Under the pieces are notes generated by a model, which had not been told where the DNA came from, ran no database searches, and was given only the letters and a program-made list of their open reading frames with translations. This document shows positions 23,558-56,939 of a stretch of 64,000 nt of DNA, one piece after another. The stretch lies in NCBI RefSeq assembly GCF_009914755.1, contig NC_060927.1; one strand, written 5' to 3'. Every line of letters begins with the position of its first letter. Within the stretch, counting starts at the first letter, position 1. The position numbers and the translations under genes were made by a program. This DNA comes from the human T2T-CHM13v2.0 reference genome, Homo sapiens.

Positions 23558-26341
23558 CTTTTTAACAGGGTCAGAAGATGCAGCTGAAAGATGAAATCTC
23601 GAGCATACTAAGGAGAGAAAAGTGCAGATCAAAGTTAACTTTTTAACCTTTTCAAGCATAGACAATGCCCTTCTCTCCCTTCACTTCCCCTACTGCGCCC
23701 TCACTGTTAGCCCTCTATATCAGGTTCTTACTTAGTCTGGAAAGCTGCACTTCTCTGACTCTGAGGCTGCTCACTTGCCAATTCACCCTGAAAAAAGTCT
23801 CCAGACTAACTTTCCTAAAGCATTAGGTTTTAAGGCAGTCAGCACTCCTCACTATCCGATAAAACCTAAACTCATTGGTTTGGTAGCTCAAGGTAGTCAC
23901 ATAATCCAGGCCCGATTAAGTTTTACATCTGTTCCATCCCTGCAATTACTTTCTCTAATAAATCTAGTCTATGTAAACTATTCCCCTATGCTTTTACTGT
24001 GCCTTTAATAACCTAATTTTATTTAAAAAATTAACTTGTTTCTAATTGACAAATAATAATTGTATATATTTATGGGGTATAATGTGATGTTTCAATACAT
24101 GTACACTGTGGAATGACCAAATCAGGCTAATCAACATATCCATCACCTCAGATACTTATCATTTCTTTGTGGTAACATTTAAAATGCATTTTCTTTTATA
24201 ATTGCTACTTTGAAATATACATTATTAACTAGTTACTGTGCTGTGTAATACATAGCTAGAACCTAATACTCTTTAACTGAAACTTTGTACCTTTTGACCA
24301 ACATCTTCCCTTTCTCTGTCCATCTCTCCCACTTACGCTTTTGATCACACTATTTACTCTATTTCAATACTCTACAGCAATCTTATCCATGAAATATTTT
24401 TGAATCAATTATCTGAATGAATATGCACATTTTACTCCAGGGAAAAAATAGAGCTCATCTCCACTAAAATCCTAATCATTTTATCTTTCTAAAACAACTG
24501 CAGAAACATTAAAATATCAATAGATATCTAGCTAAAAGAAGTACATTATTCCTAAGTCATGCAATCAAACTGTTAATTTTATTTTCCATCATTTTAATAT
24601 AATTGCAATTATAATGTAAATTAATTTTTCTATATGGTCTTTATAATAATGATATGAGGCATTCATTTAGTATGCTTCCTAATTTAACCATTCTAGAGTA
24701 TTGTAAGTTTACATCTTCCTCCCCAATAACCTCCTTCCTGCTAAATTTTTCCTATTACAAATAACACTGCAAAGAGTATGGCATTCAATGTTTAAATATT
24801 TAAGTGCCTGGTATGTGACAAGAACAGGCCAGGTAAATAATGTTCAGTGTCCAAAAAGACACGCACTGTCCCTTCCCAGAACAGTTAGGGAATCGCATGG
24901 CAGAATGAGGTATTATGGGCAAGGAGTGGAATAGGAATGTAATATTTATGATTGGATAATATTCCATTGTATGATATATCATGTTGTTTATCCATTTATT
25001 AATGGATATTTGGGTTGTTTTCACCTTTTGGCTACTGTGAATAGTGCTGCTATGAACATTCATGTATAACTATTTAAATATTTGCTTTGACTTCTTTTGG
25101 GTATATACCTGGGAATAGAATAGGTGGGTTATATGACAATTTTGTGTTAACTTTATCTTTTTCCTTTTTTTTTTTTTCCTTGAGATGACGTCTTGCTCCG
25201 TTGCCTAGGCTGGACTGCAGTATGTGATCTCAGCTCACTGCAACCTCCACCTCCAGGGTTCAAGCAATTCTCCTGCCTCGGTCTCCCACATAGCTGCGAT
25301 TACAGGCGCCCGCCACCATGCCTGGCTAATTTTTGTATTTTTGGTAGAGATGGGGTTGCATCACGTTGGCCAGGCTGCTCTTCAATTCCTGACCTCAAGT
25401 GATTCACCCGCCTCGGACTCCCAAAGTGCTGGGATTACAGGTGTGAGCCACCGTGCCCGGCCTTTATGTTAACTTTTTGAGGAACTGCCAAACTGCATTC
25501 CACAGCAGCTGTACCACCAATTTGTATTTATGCAAGCAATGTATAAGGGTTCCAATTTTTGTACATCCTCATCAAAACCTGTTATTTTTGTTCTTTTGAT
25601 CACAACCATCCCAGTGGGTATGAAGTGGTATCTCATTGTGGTTTTGATTTCCGTAATTACTAATGACACCAAGCATCTTTTCACGTACTTGCTGGCCATT
25701 TGTACATCTTCTTTGAAGAAATAGCTATTCAAGTCCTTTGTCCATTTAAAAGTTATTTATCCTTTTGCTGTTGAGTTATAAGAGTTCTTTATATATACTC
25801 TGGATAGTAGACCATTATCAGATATATAATTTGCAAGAATGTTCTCCCATACTATAGGTTGTCTTTTCAGTTTTTTGATTAGGTCCTGAGATGAACAAAA
25901 GTTATTAATTTTGATGAAGTTCAATTAACCTATTTTTTATTTATCATTGATGCTTTAGGTGTCATATCTAATAATCCACTGCCATAGAGGATGAACTTAA
26001 ATCTAAGGTCATAAAGATTTATCGCTATGTTTTCTTCTATGAGTTTTGTAGTTTTAGTAGCTATATTTAGATCACTGATTTGTTTGAGTAAATTTTGTTT
26101 ACGGTATGTGGTCACTGAAGTCTCTTTGTTACCTCAGCAGTTAGCCAGTGACCTGACAGAGATTTCCTTAAATGCCTGGGGTCAAAACAAAACAAGACAA
26201 ACTCTCCCAGTCTTTGCAGATTGACTCTGAGCTGCGTAATCATTCAATTAGCTAGGCTGCCTACAATTCTGTCTTAGCCCAACTCCTACTTGCATGGAGC
26301 CCAAAGAACATCCAGAGGTCCAAGCCTAGGGCCCTCTAAGA

Positions 26342-26685
26342 CGGTGGTCCCCAGCCTTTTTGGCACCAGGGACTGGTTTTGTGGAAGGCAATTTTTCCAC
26401 GGATGGGGAAGGGTGATGGGGGGATGGTTTCAGGATGAAACTGTTCCACCTCAGATCATCAGGCATTAGATTCTCATAAGAAGCATGGAACCTAGATCCC
26501 TCATATGTGCAACTCACAATAGGCTTCATACTTCTGTAAGAATCTAATGCCACTGCTGATCTGACAGGAGGCGAAGCTCAGGTGGTAATGCTCGCTTGCC
26601 CACTGCTCACCTCCTGCTGTGTGGCCCAGTTCCTAACAGGCCATGGATCAGTACCAGTCCATGGCCTGGGGGTTAGGGACCCCTG
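26342..26685. mobile_element. MER1B hAT-Charlie element
   Basis: gtggtccccagcctttttggcaccagggac…ggggttagggacccctg; 8-bp TSD-like ctctaaga/ctctaaag. Confidence 0.88.
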
Positions 26686-26961
26686 CTCTAAAGTCTTTTC
26701 TGAGCATACTTTTGGTGGATTCCTCAGTACACGTGGGCCCAGCAAAACCCTTATTTCACAAATTATCTTCTTCATCAGCTTCCTCCTTCCCAGGCTTTTG
26801 TTTGCTGCTTGTCTTGTCTGCTCTCCCTTGCCTCAGGTGGCTATGGGTAGTATGTTTTTAAATCTTTTCAATAGACTCCACTTAGGAAGCCACTTCAGCC
26901 TGATGGGAGGTGAAACAAAGGCTAGTCTCTGTGCCAGCCTCTCAGGGAATGCCAGAGATAA

Positions 26962-26962
<1 letters not shown>

Positions 26963-27007
<45 letters not shown>
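26963..27007 (+). repeat. (AAC)n microsatellite
   Basis: About 15 uninterrupted units. Confidence 0.95.
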
Positions 27008-27008
<1 letters not shown>

Positions 27009-27143
27009 CATAACCACAATTTTTTGAGAACAAGGTCCATGTCCCTCCTGGCACCAGCAAGCTACACCACAAATATGGGCCACCATCATCAAGGCTACTG
27101 AGCATGGGGGATGGTAGGCAGTTAGGTAAGTTTCTTACTGAAA

Positions 27144-28204
<1,061 letters not shown>

Positions 28205-28680
28205 TACTGAAAGTAAGCCTTTTTCTTTCATTAAGTACTCTCTTGGTTACTATAAGTTTTTGGTTAGATCCTAGAGTTCCAAAAAAGTTGATTCTATTCA
28301 TTTTTTGCCAGCTCAATGGTTGCTTAAGTAGATGGATCAATTCTTGGAGCTTCCTACTCTGTCTGCCATTTTCTGTGCATCACTCCTTGAGTTAATTTCT
28401 GTATATGGTGTGAGGTAGGGGTTCAACTTCATTGTTTTTCATGTGGAAACCCAGTTGTCCTAGCATCACATTTATTAAAAATACTCTTCTTCCCCACAAA
28501 AAACTGTGATAATCAATTGCCTATAAATGTGAGGGTTATTTTTGGATTCTATTTCATTGATCTATTAAGTCTACCTTTATGACAGTACCATGTTGTCTTT
28601 ACTATCATAGCTTTGTAATACGTTTTAAAATTGAGAGTGTAAGTACTCCAATTTTGTTCTTTTTCAAGTTGATTAGATTC

Positions 28681-31254
<2,574 letters not shown>

Positions 31255-32298
31255 CTATTATACTCTGTTCTTAGTACTAAGGCATAGACAAAGATATCTA
31301 GATCTTATGTTAGGACCTCCCAATTTAGTAATATTAAGCTTAGACTAGAATAAAAAATACAATACTATAGATGCATAATGATTAGTTCTCTTTAGGAGGG
31401 TTCTTAATATACATACTATGTAATATTAGTCAGCCATTAAAATCATATTGTAAAATATTATTTATTGGATGGAAAGAGTTCACAATGTATGGTTAAGTTT
31501 TAAAGCATGTTATAAAACACATCTCATTTTTGTTAAAATGTTTCTATGATGGGGTTTATGTAGCTAAAGAGAAACACATTACATCTATGACTATAAATTA
31601 GTATAACCACTTTGGAGTGAAATCTGGCAACACCCAGAAATTCTGTTTCTAGATGTATATATATAAGTGCATGAAGATATTACAAGGAAATTATTACAAT
31701 ATTTGTCAATAAAAAGGAAATAATCCAAATATTTATCAACAGATGAACAGATTAACAATTTGTGGCAAATACATAAATGGCATATTATTCATTCATAAAA
31801 AGGAATGAAATTCTAATACAAGCTACAACATGGATGAACTCTGAAAACATTATGCTAAGTGAAATAAGCCAGACTTAAAAGGACAAATATTGTATTATTC
31901 CACTTATAAGGAATCTAGCAGAAAATAGAATAGAGGTTACCAGGTGCTGGGGGGGATGAAGGGAGGAAGGAATGGGGTTATTGCTTAATGGGTACAGAGT
32001 TTCAGTCTGGGATGATGAAAAATTTCTGTATGTGGATAGTAGTGATGGTTGCATAACACTGTGAATGTATTTAATGCTCCTAAATTGTACAATTAAAAAT
32101 CGTTAATTTTATGTTATGTAAATTTTACCACACCCACATCTATAACCCCCTGGCTAGTTATGAAAAGTCTTTGTCCTGAATATTGCAGACAAACGGGAGG
32201 AAGGCTTGATCATGCCAGTAATGATGCCTGGAAAGTACCTAAAATAACTGTACCCCAAATGTATCATGGCTTATTCCTCTCCAAGCTTTGTTGCTTAC

Positions 32299-32505
32299 CT
32301 GTATTAGACCTGGCATAATCTCTGGCAAAAGCAGGTTTAGGGTTTCCTTGGACACTCTCTCTATCACTTTTGTTTGCATTTTGATTGCAGCCAGATTAAT
32401 TGGGTAGTCTGCAGTTTGAATGATAGGACAAAGCACTTTGATGCACTGCTCTGGACTAATTGAAGTGGCCAACACTGATGCCGCTTCCTCAGCAGATCTC
32501 ACCAC
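32299..32505 (-). CDS. CLASP2: CLASP2 coding exon (VVRSAEEAASVLATSISPEQCIKVLCP…EIMPGLIQ)
   Basis: Acceptor cctattttttttag|GTG, donor CAG|gtaagc; 207 nt; HEAT-like helical peptide. Confidence 0.96.
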
Positions 32506-32769
32506 CTAAAAAAAATAGGAAATTAAGCCAGAAAGTAATTTTTAAAATATTACACTACATCCTGGAAGTATAAACTTCATGAAGTATTCAATATAATATT
32601 TGGAATTTGCTTTGAAAATGCTACAGTAAACAAACATGAAAAGTGAGGGTACAGATTACTGATAAAAAGGATTGGCAAAATGTCAGTAACAGCTGAAGCT
32701 AGATGATGGATACATGGGCTTTATTACACTATTCTCCCTTCTTGTGTTCTTTTTTGCTGTTGGCTAAAG

Positions 32770-36520
<3,751 letters not shown>

Positions 36521-36872
36521 AACAATGATTTCTTATCTTCATTAGTTATTTTAAAAAATCAAATTCTTATTGCTAAATGAAAAGTGAAAATAAGATTGCT
36601 AAACTCTAAGTAGAAAACTAAAAGTGAAGTGAAGGAGAAAACAAAATAAAATAAATTATTTCCTAGAGCTGGCCTGTTTTAGGTGAAAGGTCATGATATC
36701 ACTGTTTAATTCATTTAATAGAAAAAAATATGCTTGCATCTCGATCAGGTATTACCCTGAATGTCAAGGCAAATGTTCAAGAAAATCATTAATAAGGCTA
36801 CATTTTACACAATGGTTACATGTTTCATGAAATAAAATAATGGAATAATACTTTACCGGCCAGGTAACTTAC

Positions 36873-37001
36873 CTCCTTATGAGGATCTTTATGTGCTTCC
36901 AATGTTTTCATGACAGTCAATTCTGCATAGTTTTTAAATCTTGCTGGTTGATGCCTTAGGATTTCTCTTAAAACCTTTAATGCCAAAGCCCTGATTGTAG
37001 G
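36873..37001 (-). CDS. CLASP2: CLASP2 coding exon (PTIRALALKVLREILRHQPARFKNYAELTVMKTLEAHKDPHKE)
   Basis: Acceptor ttcttcttag|CCT, donor GAG|gtaagt; 129 nt; not in ORF track, translated by hand. Confidence 0.95.
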
Positions 37002-37219
37002 CTAAGAAGAAACATTTAAATGTTTTTAATATTTTGGGTTGTAGATAATCTTTAACATTTTCAATTTTTGTAACTTAAGGGTCTTAATATTGGGGGAGGA
37101 GTTGTAGATAACTGCATAAAGTATGCGGTATACTATGTAATTAAGTTTTCTTATCTCTAATTGAAAATTTATATTATACTTATTTTATTTGCAAGAAATC
37201 AAGAACTACATTCAGACTA

Positions 37220-37518
<299 letters not shown>

Positions 37519-37524
37519 TCAAAA

Positions 37525-37555
<31 letters not shown>

Positions 37556-37834
37556 AAGTTGCTCCTGAACAACTAATCTAAATATGTAAAACAAGTAACA
37601 TGTACTTTTCTATAAGAATTCAGCCTGCGACCTTTCATTTTTCCTGTTAATTGTTCAAAATTGTTGAGCTACTTGGTTTAGAAGAAAAAGTACTTCACAG
37701 TGAAAAGTTCATGCAGAAAGAAGCAGCAGAAGAGATTCATTCTCCCAATTGCTAAATCCGTGTAGCATCAGATTAACAGGCAATGTAAAAGAGACAGGAA
37801 GGAAAGGCTACTGTTTACATATTTTGCCATTTAC

Positions 37835-38028
37835 CTCTTTATCTCCAAGCGTTTCAAGCAATAAAAGCAATATTGTTTTGAAGTGTTCATCCCAAACACT
37901 AAAAGATTCTTCCTGTGTCAGTTTCATAAGTTCATAGAGGGCAATTTTTCTTTCTTCTACACGCTCATTATGGTTAGACAGCTCCTTCAACAACTCTGCA
38001 ACTAGGTCAGAATGATCTAGGGAAAGAT
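37835..38028 (-). CDS. CLASP2: CLASP2 coding exon (DLSLDHSDLVAELLKELSNHNERVEERK…LLLETLGDKE)
   Basis: Acceptor ttttgacag|AT, donor GAG|gtaaat; 194 nt, phase 1 to phase 0, in frame with the previous exon. Confidence 0.96.
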
Positions 38029-40856
38029 CTGTCAAAAGGACATGGTATTAGTTCTATAACTTTATAGGGTGACTCTCACAAGTATGGGGATAACAACTTT
38101 ATATGATGAAACACAGATATAACCATCATGTTTGCTGTAAAAAAGACAAAGAAAAAAGACATTAAGTAACCTTCTTTTCAATTTTGTCATTCCCAAAACA
38201 CTGGTGCTATCTTAAAACTTTGTATAATAAAAATACACAAAAGTGAGACCAGTATAATGAACCCTTATATTCCCATCACCCAGATTTAACAGTTTTTAAG
38301 ATTTTACCATTCTTACGTCATCTTTGTCCCCTCTTCCCTTTTATCTGAAGTATTTCTAGCAAATCCCATATATGTCATTTCCTCTTTATATACTTCAGTA
38401 TGTATTTCTATGGTTTCATGCCAGGAGGCTTAAATGGCTTTTAGTGATGATAAAAACGACCACTGGATTTAGGTAGTGACAATCTAATCCCACCATTGTA
38501 AACTTCTCCATAAATCATCCCCCTTTTTTTTCTGAGACAGGGTTTCACTTTGTCGCCAAGGCTGGAGTGTAGTGGTGTGATCATGGCTCATTGCAGTCTC
38601 CACCTCCCAGGCTCAATTGATCCTCCCAACTTAAGCCTCCTGAGTAGGTGGGACTACAGGTGTGTACCTACACACCCAGCTAATTTTTGTGGAGACGGGG
38701 TTTCGCCATGTTGTCCAGGCCAGTCTGGAACTCCTGGGCTCAAGTGATCTACTGGCCTCCCAAAGTGTTGGGATTATAGGCATGAGCCACCATGCCCAGA
38801 CTATCAATCTTTTAACCAAAGGTTTCAGTCACTGATTGTTGTTGAATCAGTTATTTTAATATGAGTTAAAAATGGTGATTATCTAATCATACCACTCCTT
38901 CCATGGGGTAGAATTCTTCTGTAGAGAATAACTTTATCAACTAGACCTATTCTGATTATCCTGAAATACAGTTTTATAGAAAAGGCAGAACAGATTCTTA
39001 ATATAGTTCTCTTTAAATTTTAGCATCAAGAATTGGGCCCAGTGGTTACCAAGGAGTTTTGATTTGTTTTTGCCTTCTTTTTAAAAGCATAATTACAAAC
39101 TCATGGATTTTATAACCATGAAAAGTCACTCACTGCTTATTTTTAAACAACTTATCAGACAGTGCTTTAAATCATTTTTGTAGGAATAACAGTTAAATCT
39201 AAGAATCCACATTTGAATGTAACAAAATACCAGAGTTCCTCTTAAATTTTTTTATGATCAAATACACTATAAATTCAGACCTTGAGGGATTTCAGCAGGT
39301 AGTGCCCTGGGCTTGGGCCATAGACTAATTTCCTTCCCATCTCTCTGGAATGAAACAACCACAGAGCACGCTGCAGACCAATATAACACTATTGCTGGTT
39401 TTAACAAGAACTATTGCCAGCAGGATGAATGTGTCTCTATAAACCCCACAAAAAATCACTCCCGGAAATTTATAACTTATCAGACTTTCAAAGATGTTAA
39501 AGGATCATTCTAAGAGTGTCTTTTATTTCAGCTGGATGAATGTGATTCACAAGAAAATGCTTTTCACGGTAGTCAGTTATCTTTTCCATGAAAGTAAGCT
39601 TTGTAATTACTCTAGCAGATAATTAGAAATGACCTGACATATAATGATCTGGACAGATGACTGGCAGAAAAATAATTTCTTCCAGAGAAAGCACAGATTG
39701 TTACAAAACTGAATTATCTATATGAATGAGATAATCCAAAGTTGCTGAATTTTTCCTCTTCTGACAGAGAGCAGCACCATGGTCAAGTGAAAAGAACATA
39801 GGCTCTGTAGTCTCATTAAATCTCTGCTTCTTATACTCTGTGATTGGAGCAGTTTCCTAATTATTGCCAAGGTGCAGTTTTATTATCAGTAAAATGGGAA
39901 AATAGCATCTGCCTCCTAGGGTCATGGTGAGGACTTGGGCCTAGAATACAGTAAGATCATTAATATTAATTTTCCTGTGTCCTTCTGACAAATATTGACA
40001 CAATTACAATTCTGATAATATTTTTGTGGCAGTGCTCAAGAAGTACAAAATAGTCTTTCAGGTTGGCAAACTTTTATATGAATCTTTCCTGAATAACTGC
40101 ACTATCCTCACTAGAGGTAATATTCTAGAATATTATAGTTCCTAGTAAACTTTACAAAGGTTATCAGTGGCTTTTTTTGGACTTGTTAACTTTGATAAAT
40201 GTGTGTGCCCGATTGTAATGTGGGCAGAAACACTGGGTGAGAGACATAATCAATAGGTATCAGATATTGAAATAATTTCTATAAAAGTTATAGAAATTCT
40301 GACTTGAATAATTATCTTTTGCTAAATTTTAGATTTTAAAAACAAAAAAGGAGGAGAAAGTGCATGGGGGAGGAGAATAAAAGAAAAATCAGAACAGAAA
40401 TAGAGAACAATTTAAAAAAGAATAATGTTAACAATGTTCATAATAAAATAATGTCAAACAGGGTCTTCCTCATCTCAACATTAAAAATGAAAATAGATAA
40501 TAAATGAAAACAACTGCCATACAAAGCATGGGACTACTACTGCTTTAGTTTTTTTTCTTTTTTCTTTTCTTTGTACTACAGTAGTTTAACTGAGGGCTTA
40601 TCCATCTTCAAAGAATGTTTACTCAACATAAAATGGCTGCCTATGTTTCAGAAGTAAATCACACATTAGACTATGATGAAGTAGTGTTCCCAAGCTCAAA
40701 AATACTATACCCAATTTAGATTTCAGTTATAGTTTCCAAAAACGTCTTCCTTTACCAAATATAAAATATGTGATCCTTAGTAAAGGAGAAGAGAATTACA
40801 GAACAAGGGAGTGATCCTGATAAACTGTCATAATTTTGGCTTTATGATATTTTTGA

Positions 40857-41072
<216 letters not shown>

Positions 41073-41670
41073 TAGTCTCGAACTCCTGACCTCGGGTGAT
41101 CTGCCTGCCTCGGCCTCCCAAAGTGTTGGGATTACAGGCGTGAGGCACTGCAGCTGGCTGATATATTGTCTCTTGACATGAGAAGCTGGTAAAAGTAATC
41201 AAAGAAATGCAAAGGATAATTTTTAAAAAGTTATCAAAATTACAAATGACCAGGCATTAGTACACAGATTCCCAAACAAACTATAAGGAGGGTATCCACT
41301 GGTGAATGTATCAGCTTTCAGCCCAGACAGGTAGGAAGGCTGTCCACATAGAGTGGTAATCAGGTGTAAGCTGCTGGAGCCAAAGTGGAATAAGAAGGGC
41401 ATTCATGGTTTTGAGTGAGGATGGAATGGCAAAGCCTAGCAGGATGAGGAGTAGATCTGTGCAAGTAAGGAGGTAGTAGCAGAGATAGCAGAAAAACTGG
41501 TAGCATACAGAGGACTGATCAAATTGGTAAACATATTAAAGATAACGAAAGCTAGGTTTCTGTCAGAAAAGTGGGTTATCAATCTGGAAATTAGAATTTC
41601 CTTGGTGCCAGAATGGAACTACTAGTGTAAAAACATGGTTTTTGATAGATATGGAAACAGAGATGTAAAT

Positions 41671-41674
<4 letters not shown>

Positions 41675-41710
<36 letters not shown>
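41675..41710 (+). repeat. (CA)n microsatellite
   Basis: About 18 uninterrupted units. Confidence 0.95.
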
Positions 41711-41712
<2 letters not shown>

Positions 41713-42529
41713 CCTAGCTCTGCCCACTGAGAGGTCTGGGGAGCAGTGACATATCACTAACAGTGAGTACATCTAGAGTCCAGATCTTAGCCTTTAAAAT
41801 CATCTTCCCTTAATAGGAACAATGGATCCCTGAAGAAATGATTGATTCCAGGACTGAAGCACAGGGATAGTACAACAGTACCAGAATGCAAGGATGGGGA
41901 CATGTTAGAAGAACAACAAAAGCCGGCTTGAATGGAATCCTGTTGGTCAAATCAAGGGCAATTTGAGCTTCAAAATAAATAAATAATGATTGTTATAATG
42001 GGAAACTATGAGTCCCTACTGTTACAAAAATGTATGTCAATTTTCTCAAATAAATTTTCTAGAATAGAAAATAAAAAATTTCCTAAATAAATGAATTCAA
42101 GTTTGATGAAAAGAATATGTAACCTGTTTAAAAATATTAGTATCTCCTGATAAAACACTTAATTACAAAAAGAAAAAGTAATTTCACAGTAAAGAAGTCT
42201 GGTAAGCCCCACCATAATCAAGAGATCAAAGTTAACATCACCAGTGATGGAGCACAGTGAAACCATGTGTTACTAGATAGGGTGCAATGAAAAGAATGCA
42301 CCATCACTTCTGCAATACTGATGCAAAGAATGTATAACCTGATTCTAATCATGAGAAAACATCAGACAAAACTACATTCAGAGAAATGCTACAAAATAAC
42401 TTCAAAAGTGTCATGGTCATGAGAGCTAAGGAAAGACTGAACACTGGAGGAGAAGAACACTGATGGAGACATGATGATTAAATGCAATGTGTGGTTCTGA
42501 AATGGATCCTTTAGCTGTAAGATATTATT

Positions 42530-46165
<3,636 letters not shown>

Positions 46166-46167
46166 AA

Positions 46168-50370
<4,203 letters not shown>

Positions 50371-50379
50371 ATCTGTGAG

Positions 50380-53415
<3,036 letters not shown>

Positions 53416-54753
53416 AGATATTATTGGGACAGCTGGCAAAATTCTAATGGGGTTTTAAGGATTAGGTGGTTATTAATGTACCAATGATAATTTCCTGATT
53501 TAAAAAATTCTGTGGTTTAGGGGGAAGAAAAGAAATTTTATTTTTTGTAATTATTAGTTTTTTAGAGACAGAATCTCATTTGTTGTCCAGTCTTTAGTAC
53601 GGGACTCTTCACAGGCATCATCATAGTATACTGTAGCCTTGAACTCCAAGCCTCAAAGGATCCTCCTGGCTCAGCCTCCTGAGTAGCTGGGACTACTGGC
53701 ACTAGCTAATTTCTTGATTTTGATGAGTATTTTGTTGTTATGCAGGAGAATGTCTTTGTAGAAAATAAATCCTAAAGTGTTTAACGTGACAGAGCATCAG
53801 GTTGGTAATTTACTTTCAAATGTTTCATGAAGAAAAAGTTCTTTGTACTGTACTCCCAATTTTTAAGCTCTTGATCATTTTAAGATTAAAAAATACATAT
53901 TTATAGTACAATCAAGGCAAGAAAAGTCAGTTGACATTTAGTCTGACAGTTTGTGACCCATGTGCATAAATGATTTTTAAATAATTAATGCTACTGAAGC
54001 TAAGTCTCAATTTACCAGGCTGTTGCTACTACATAGTATTCAATGGATACTTTCATGCTATGTCCAATTTATTCACCAATGTTACACCACTATCATGACT
54101 AAACCTCAGAAAGACAGTCAACTATTTGTGACAGATTAAAACACATCAAAGTCTATAATTGTGGCAATTTTCTACATCCTTATGCAATTTGGACTTAGTT
54201 TGGTAAACTGTCATAATTTTGGCTTTTTGATATTTGTGAATATATTAAAGAGAAGGTAACAAAAACACTCCTCAACTTTGCTAGTAATCAAAGAACTACA
54301 AGTGAAGCTATTTCTTGTTAATAAAAATTTTAAAAATTTAAAAATATCTCTAATATTTAATTCCTCAATATCTAATAATCAAGGAAATGTACATTCATCA
54401 CAATCAGAAAAATTTTTAAACATTCTGTGTTGGTGAGAAAATCAGCATTACTTAAACTAGCCAACTATTCTGAGATGTAAATAGGTAGTAAGTTTAAAAC
54501 TTTAAATTCACCTATCCTTTAAGTGAGCAATTCCATCTCTAGAAATCTCTTAAAAGTGAATTATCTTTATTGCTCTTTTTTTTTGAGACAGGGTCTCACT
54601 CTGTTGCCCAGGTTGGAGTGCAGTGGTGCAATCTCGGTTCACTGAAACCTCCACCTCCCAGGGAGTTCAAGCGATTCTCCTGCCTCAGCTCCCGAGTAGC
54701 TGGGATGACAGGCGCGTGCCACCACGCCCAGCTAATTTTCATATTTTTAGTAG

Positions 54754-54918
<165 letters not shown>

Positions 54919-56084
54919 TAAAGGTTTATGCAGAAATATGTTCACTGACAGCAACATTATGGGAATAAAGAAAAACCTGAATATAGAATCATGGGATAGT
55001 GTTGAGAGAAAGACTTTCAAGTTTATCTGTGTATAGTTATATATTACTATATAGTACTAGAATCTTAAGAAAAGTATTAATGAATTAAGTAATTAAGAAA
55101 AAATATGTTTCCTTATTATAAAAAATAACTAGGACAGGCACAGTGGCTCACACCTACAATCCCAGCACTTTGAGAGGTTGAGGTGGGAGGATCACTTATG
55201 GCCAGGAGTTCAAGACCAGCCTAGGGAACATAGGGAGGCCCCATCTCTATAGAACATTTATTTAAAAAGGTAAAATTAGCTGAGTATGGTGGTCCGTAGT
55301 CCCAGCTACTCAGGAGGCTGAGGTGGGAGGATCGCTTGAGCCTACGAGGACAAGGCTGCAGTGAGCTATGTTTGAGCGACTACATTCCAGACTGGGCAAC
55401 AGAGTGACACCCAGTCTCTTAAACAAAACACTAAAACATTTGTAGTGTTTTGTACTATATCATCAGTTTTTATACAACTTACCTGCATCTTACTGCACAC
55501 TGGGATTAGGTAGTATAATCATCATCATCCTCTTTTGGAGGTGATAACTGAGACTCGGGAAAGTTAACCATCTTGCCAGGCTATGCAGCTTAGTAAGTGT
55601 TAGAGCTTAGAACTAAGCCCATTTCACCCAAATTCAAATCCTAATGGTAACTTTCCTTATATTTCGTCCTTGAAATGTATTTTATTAATAAAAAAGTTTA
55701 TGACTTCATGCTTAAAGGGCTACTATAAAGAATGGGTATTTCTTCAAAGGTTTTGTCATCGTGGTATAAAAATTAATGACCAAATAAATTGTGTCTAGAG
55801 GTAAAGTAAATTTATAAGCTACAATTGGTTTTAGTTATTTCTGGGTGGTAACTAAGGTTTTCTTGATTTTGATCATGATCTCAAGATGACTACCCTGTTT
55901 CTCATTCAGGAGAAGAAAATGACCAAAGCACTAGAGATGAGTTCCTAGAAGATGGGAGAAAACATTCTTATTCTAAAAATTGTTACTTTTTGGGAGTTAT
56001 AATAAAAAAGCATATGCATTTCTTTTACTTCATCAATTACCAAGTTCTCCAAAACAGACAGTAGCAGTGTGACCCAGAACATAC

Positions 56085-56313
56085 CGTCAGGAAACTGGTC
56101 AGCATCATCATCAAACATGGCTTCCTTGAGGGCAGACTTGTTGAAGGGACTGATGCTATCTGAATAGTTATATGGATTATAGTCTCGAGAGCGTGGAGAG
56201 GAGTGAGTAGGCATTGAATGGAGCAATGAAGCTTTATTATCAAGAGCTGTTTGACTTGAGTCAGTAGCATCACCTCCTGCTCTTGGGTCAGACATCCCAG
56301 GACCACCACACAT
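56085..56313 (-). CDS. CLASP2: CLASP2 coding exon (MCGGPGMSDPRAGG…EAMFDDDADQFPD)
   Basis: Acceptor ttgatag|ATG, donor GAC G|gtatgt; 229 nt, phase 0 to phase 1; matches ORF 55945..56313. Confidence 0.95.
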
Positions 56314-56939
56314 CTATCAATGGGAAGTGAAAGCCACAGCAAATTAACTCATTTTTCAAGTATCTATTTAACATTCTAAAAAGATATTTCTCTACTGCTT
56401 AAAAGACAATTTTAAAAAGATAACAATAACCAGCTAAAAAATTTAAGTAATGGCAATCAACATTATGAGTTACAATTTATATTCCAGACGTCAAAGCTTA
56501 AAAATATAAACTACAGCTGTGAAGGCAAATAAGAACTGTAAAAGAATGCTGCCTCTAATGATTATTACAGTTCCCTTGCAAACAACTTGACCAGACAATA
56601 TGTACAGTGTGATTACCAGCAACTTCTCCATGTCAGTTAAAGATACAAAAGAACTTTCATAAGCAATACAGTACTACAAGCTGCCAGATTCCATTATTAA
56701 GGTAATGGTATATCATACAACAGTATGTCAAAAAAGCATAATAAAATCAAATTTAAAAAGGCTTGCTTTAAGGAGAAAAAAAAAAAAAAGAAAGGCTTAA
56801 AAGGCCTGCATAACTTTTGGAAGGATGCCAAAAGAATTTGGGTACATACTTATCAAAATATGAATATGAATATTGATACAAATACTGGTATCAAAATAAT
56901 TACTACCATGGGTATCAGCATCACCACCATCCACTGGGC

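Noticed and set aside
26582-27105. ORFs with poly-N, poly-T or poly-L tracts
   Set aside because: Produced by MER1B, L1 and the (AAC)n microsatellite
56500-56800. AATAAA followed by an A-run, resembling a processed pseudogene tail
   Set aside because: No recognisable parent mRNA and no convincing TSD; cannot support without a search
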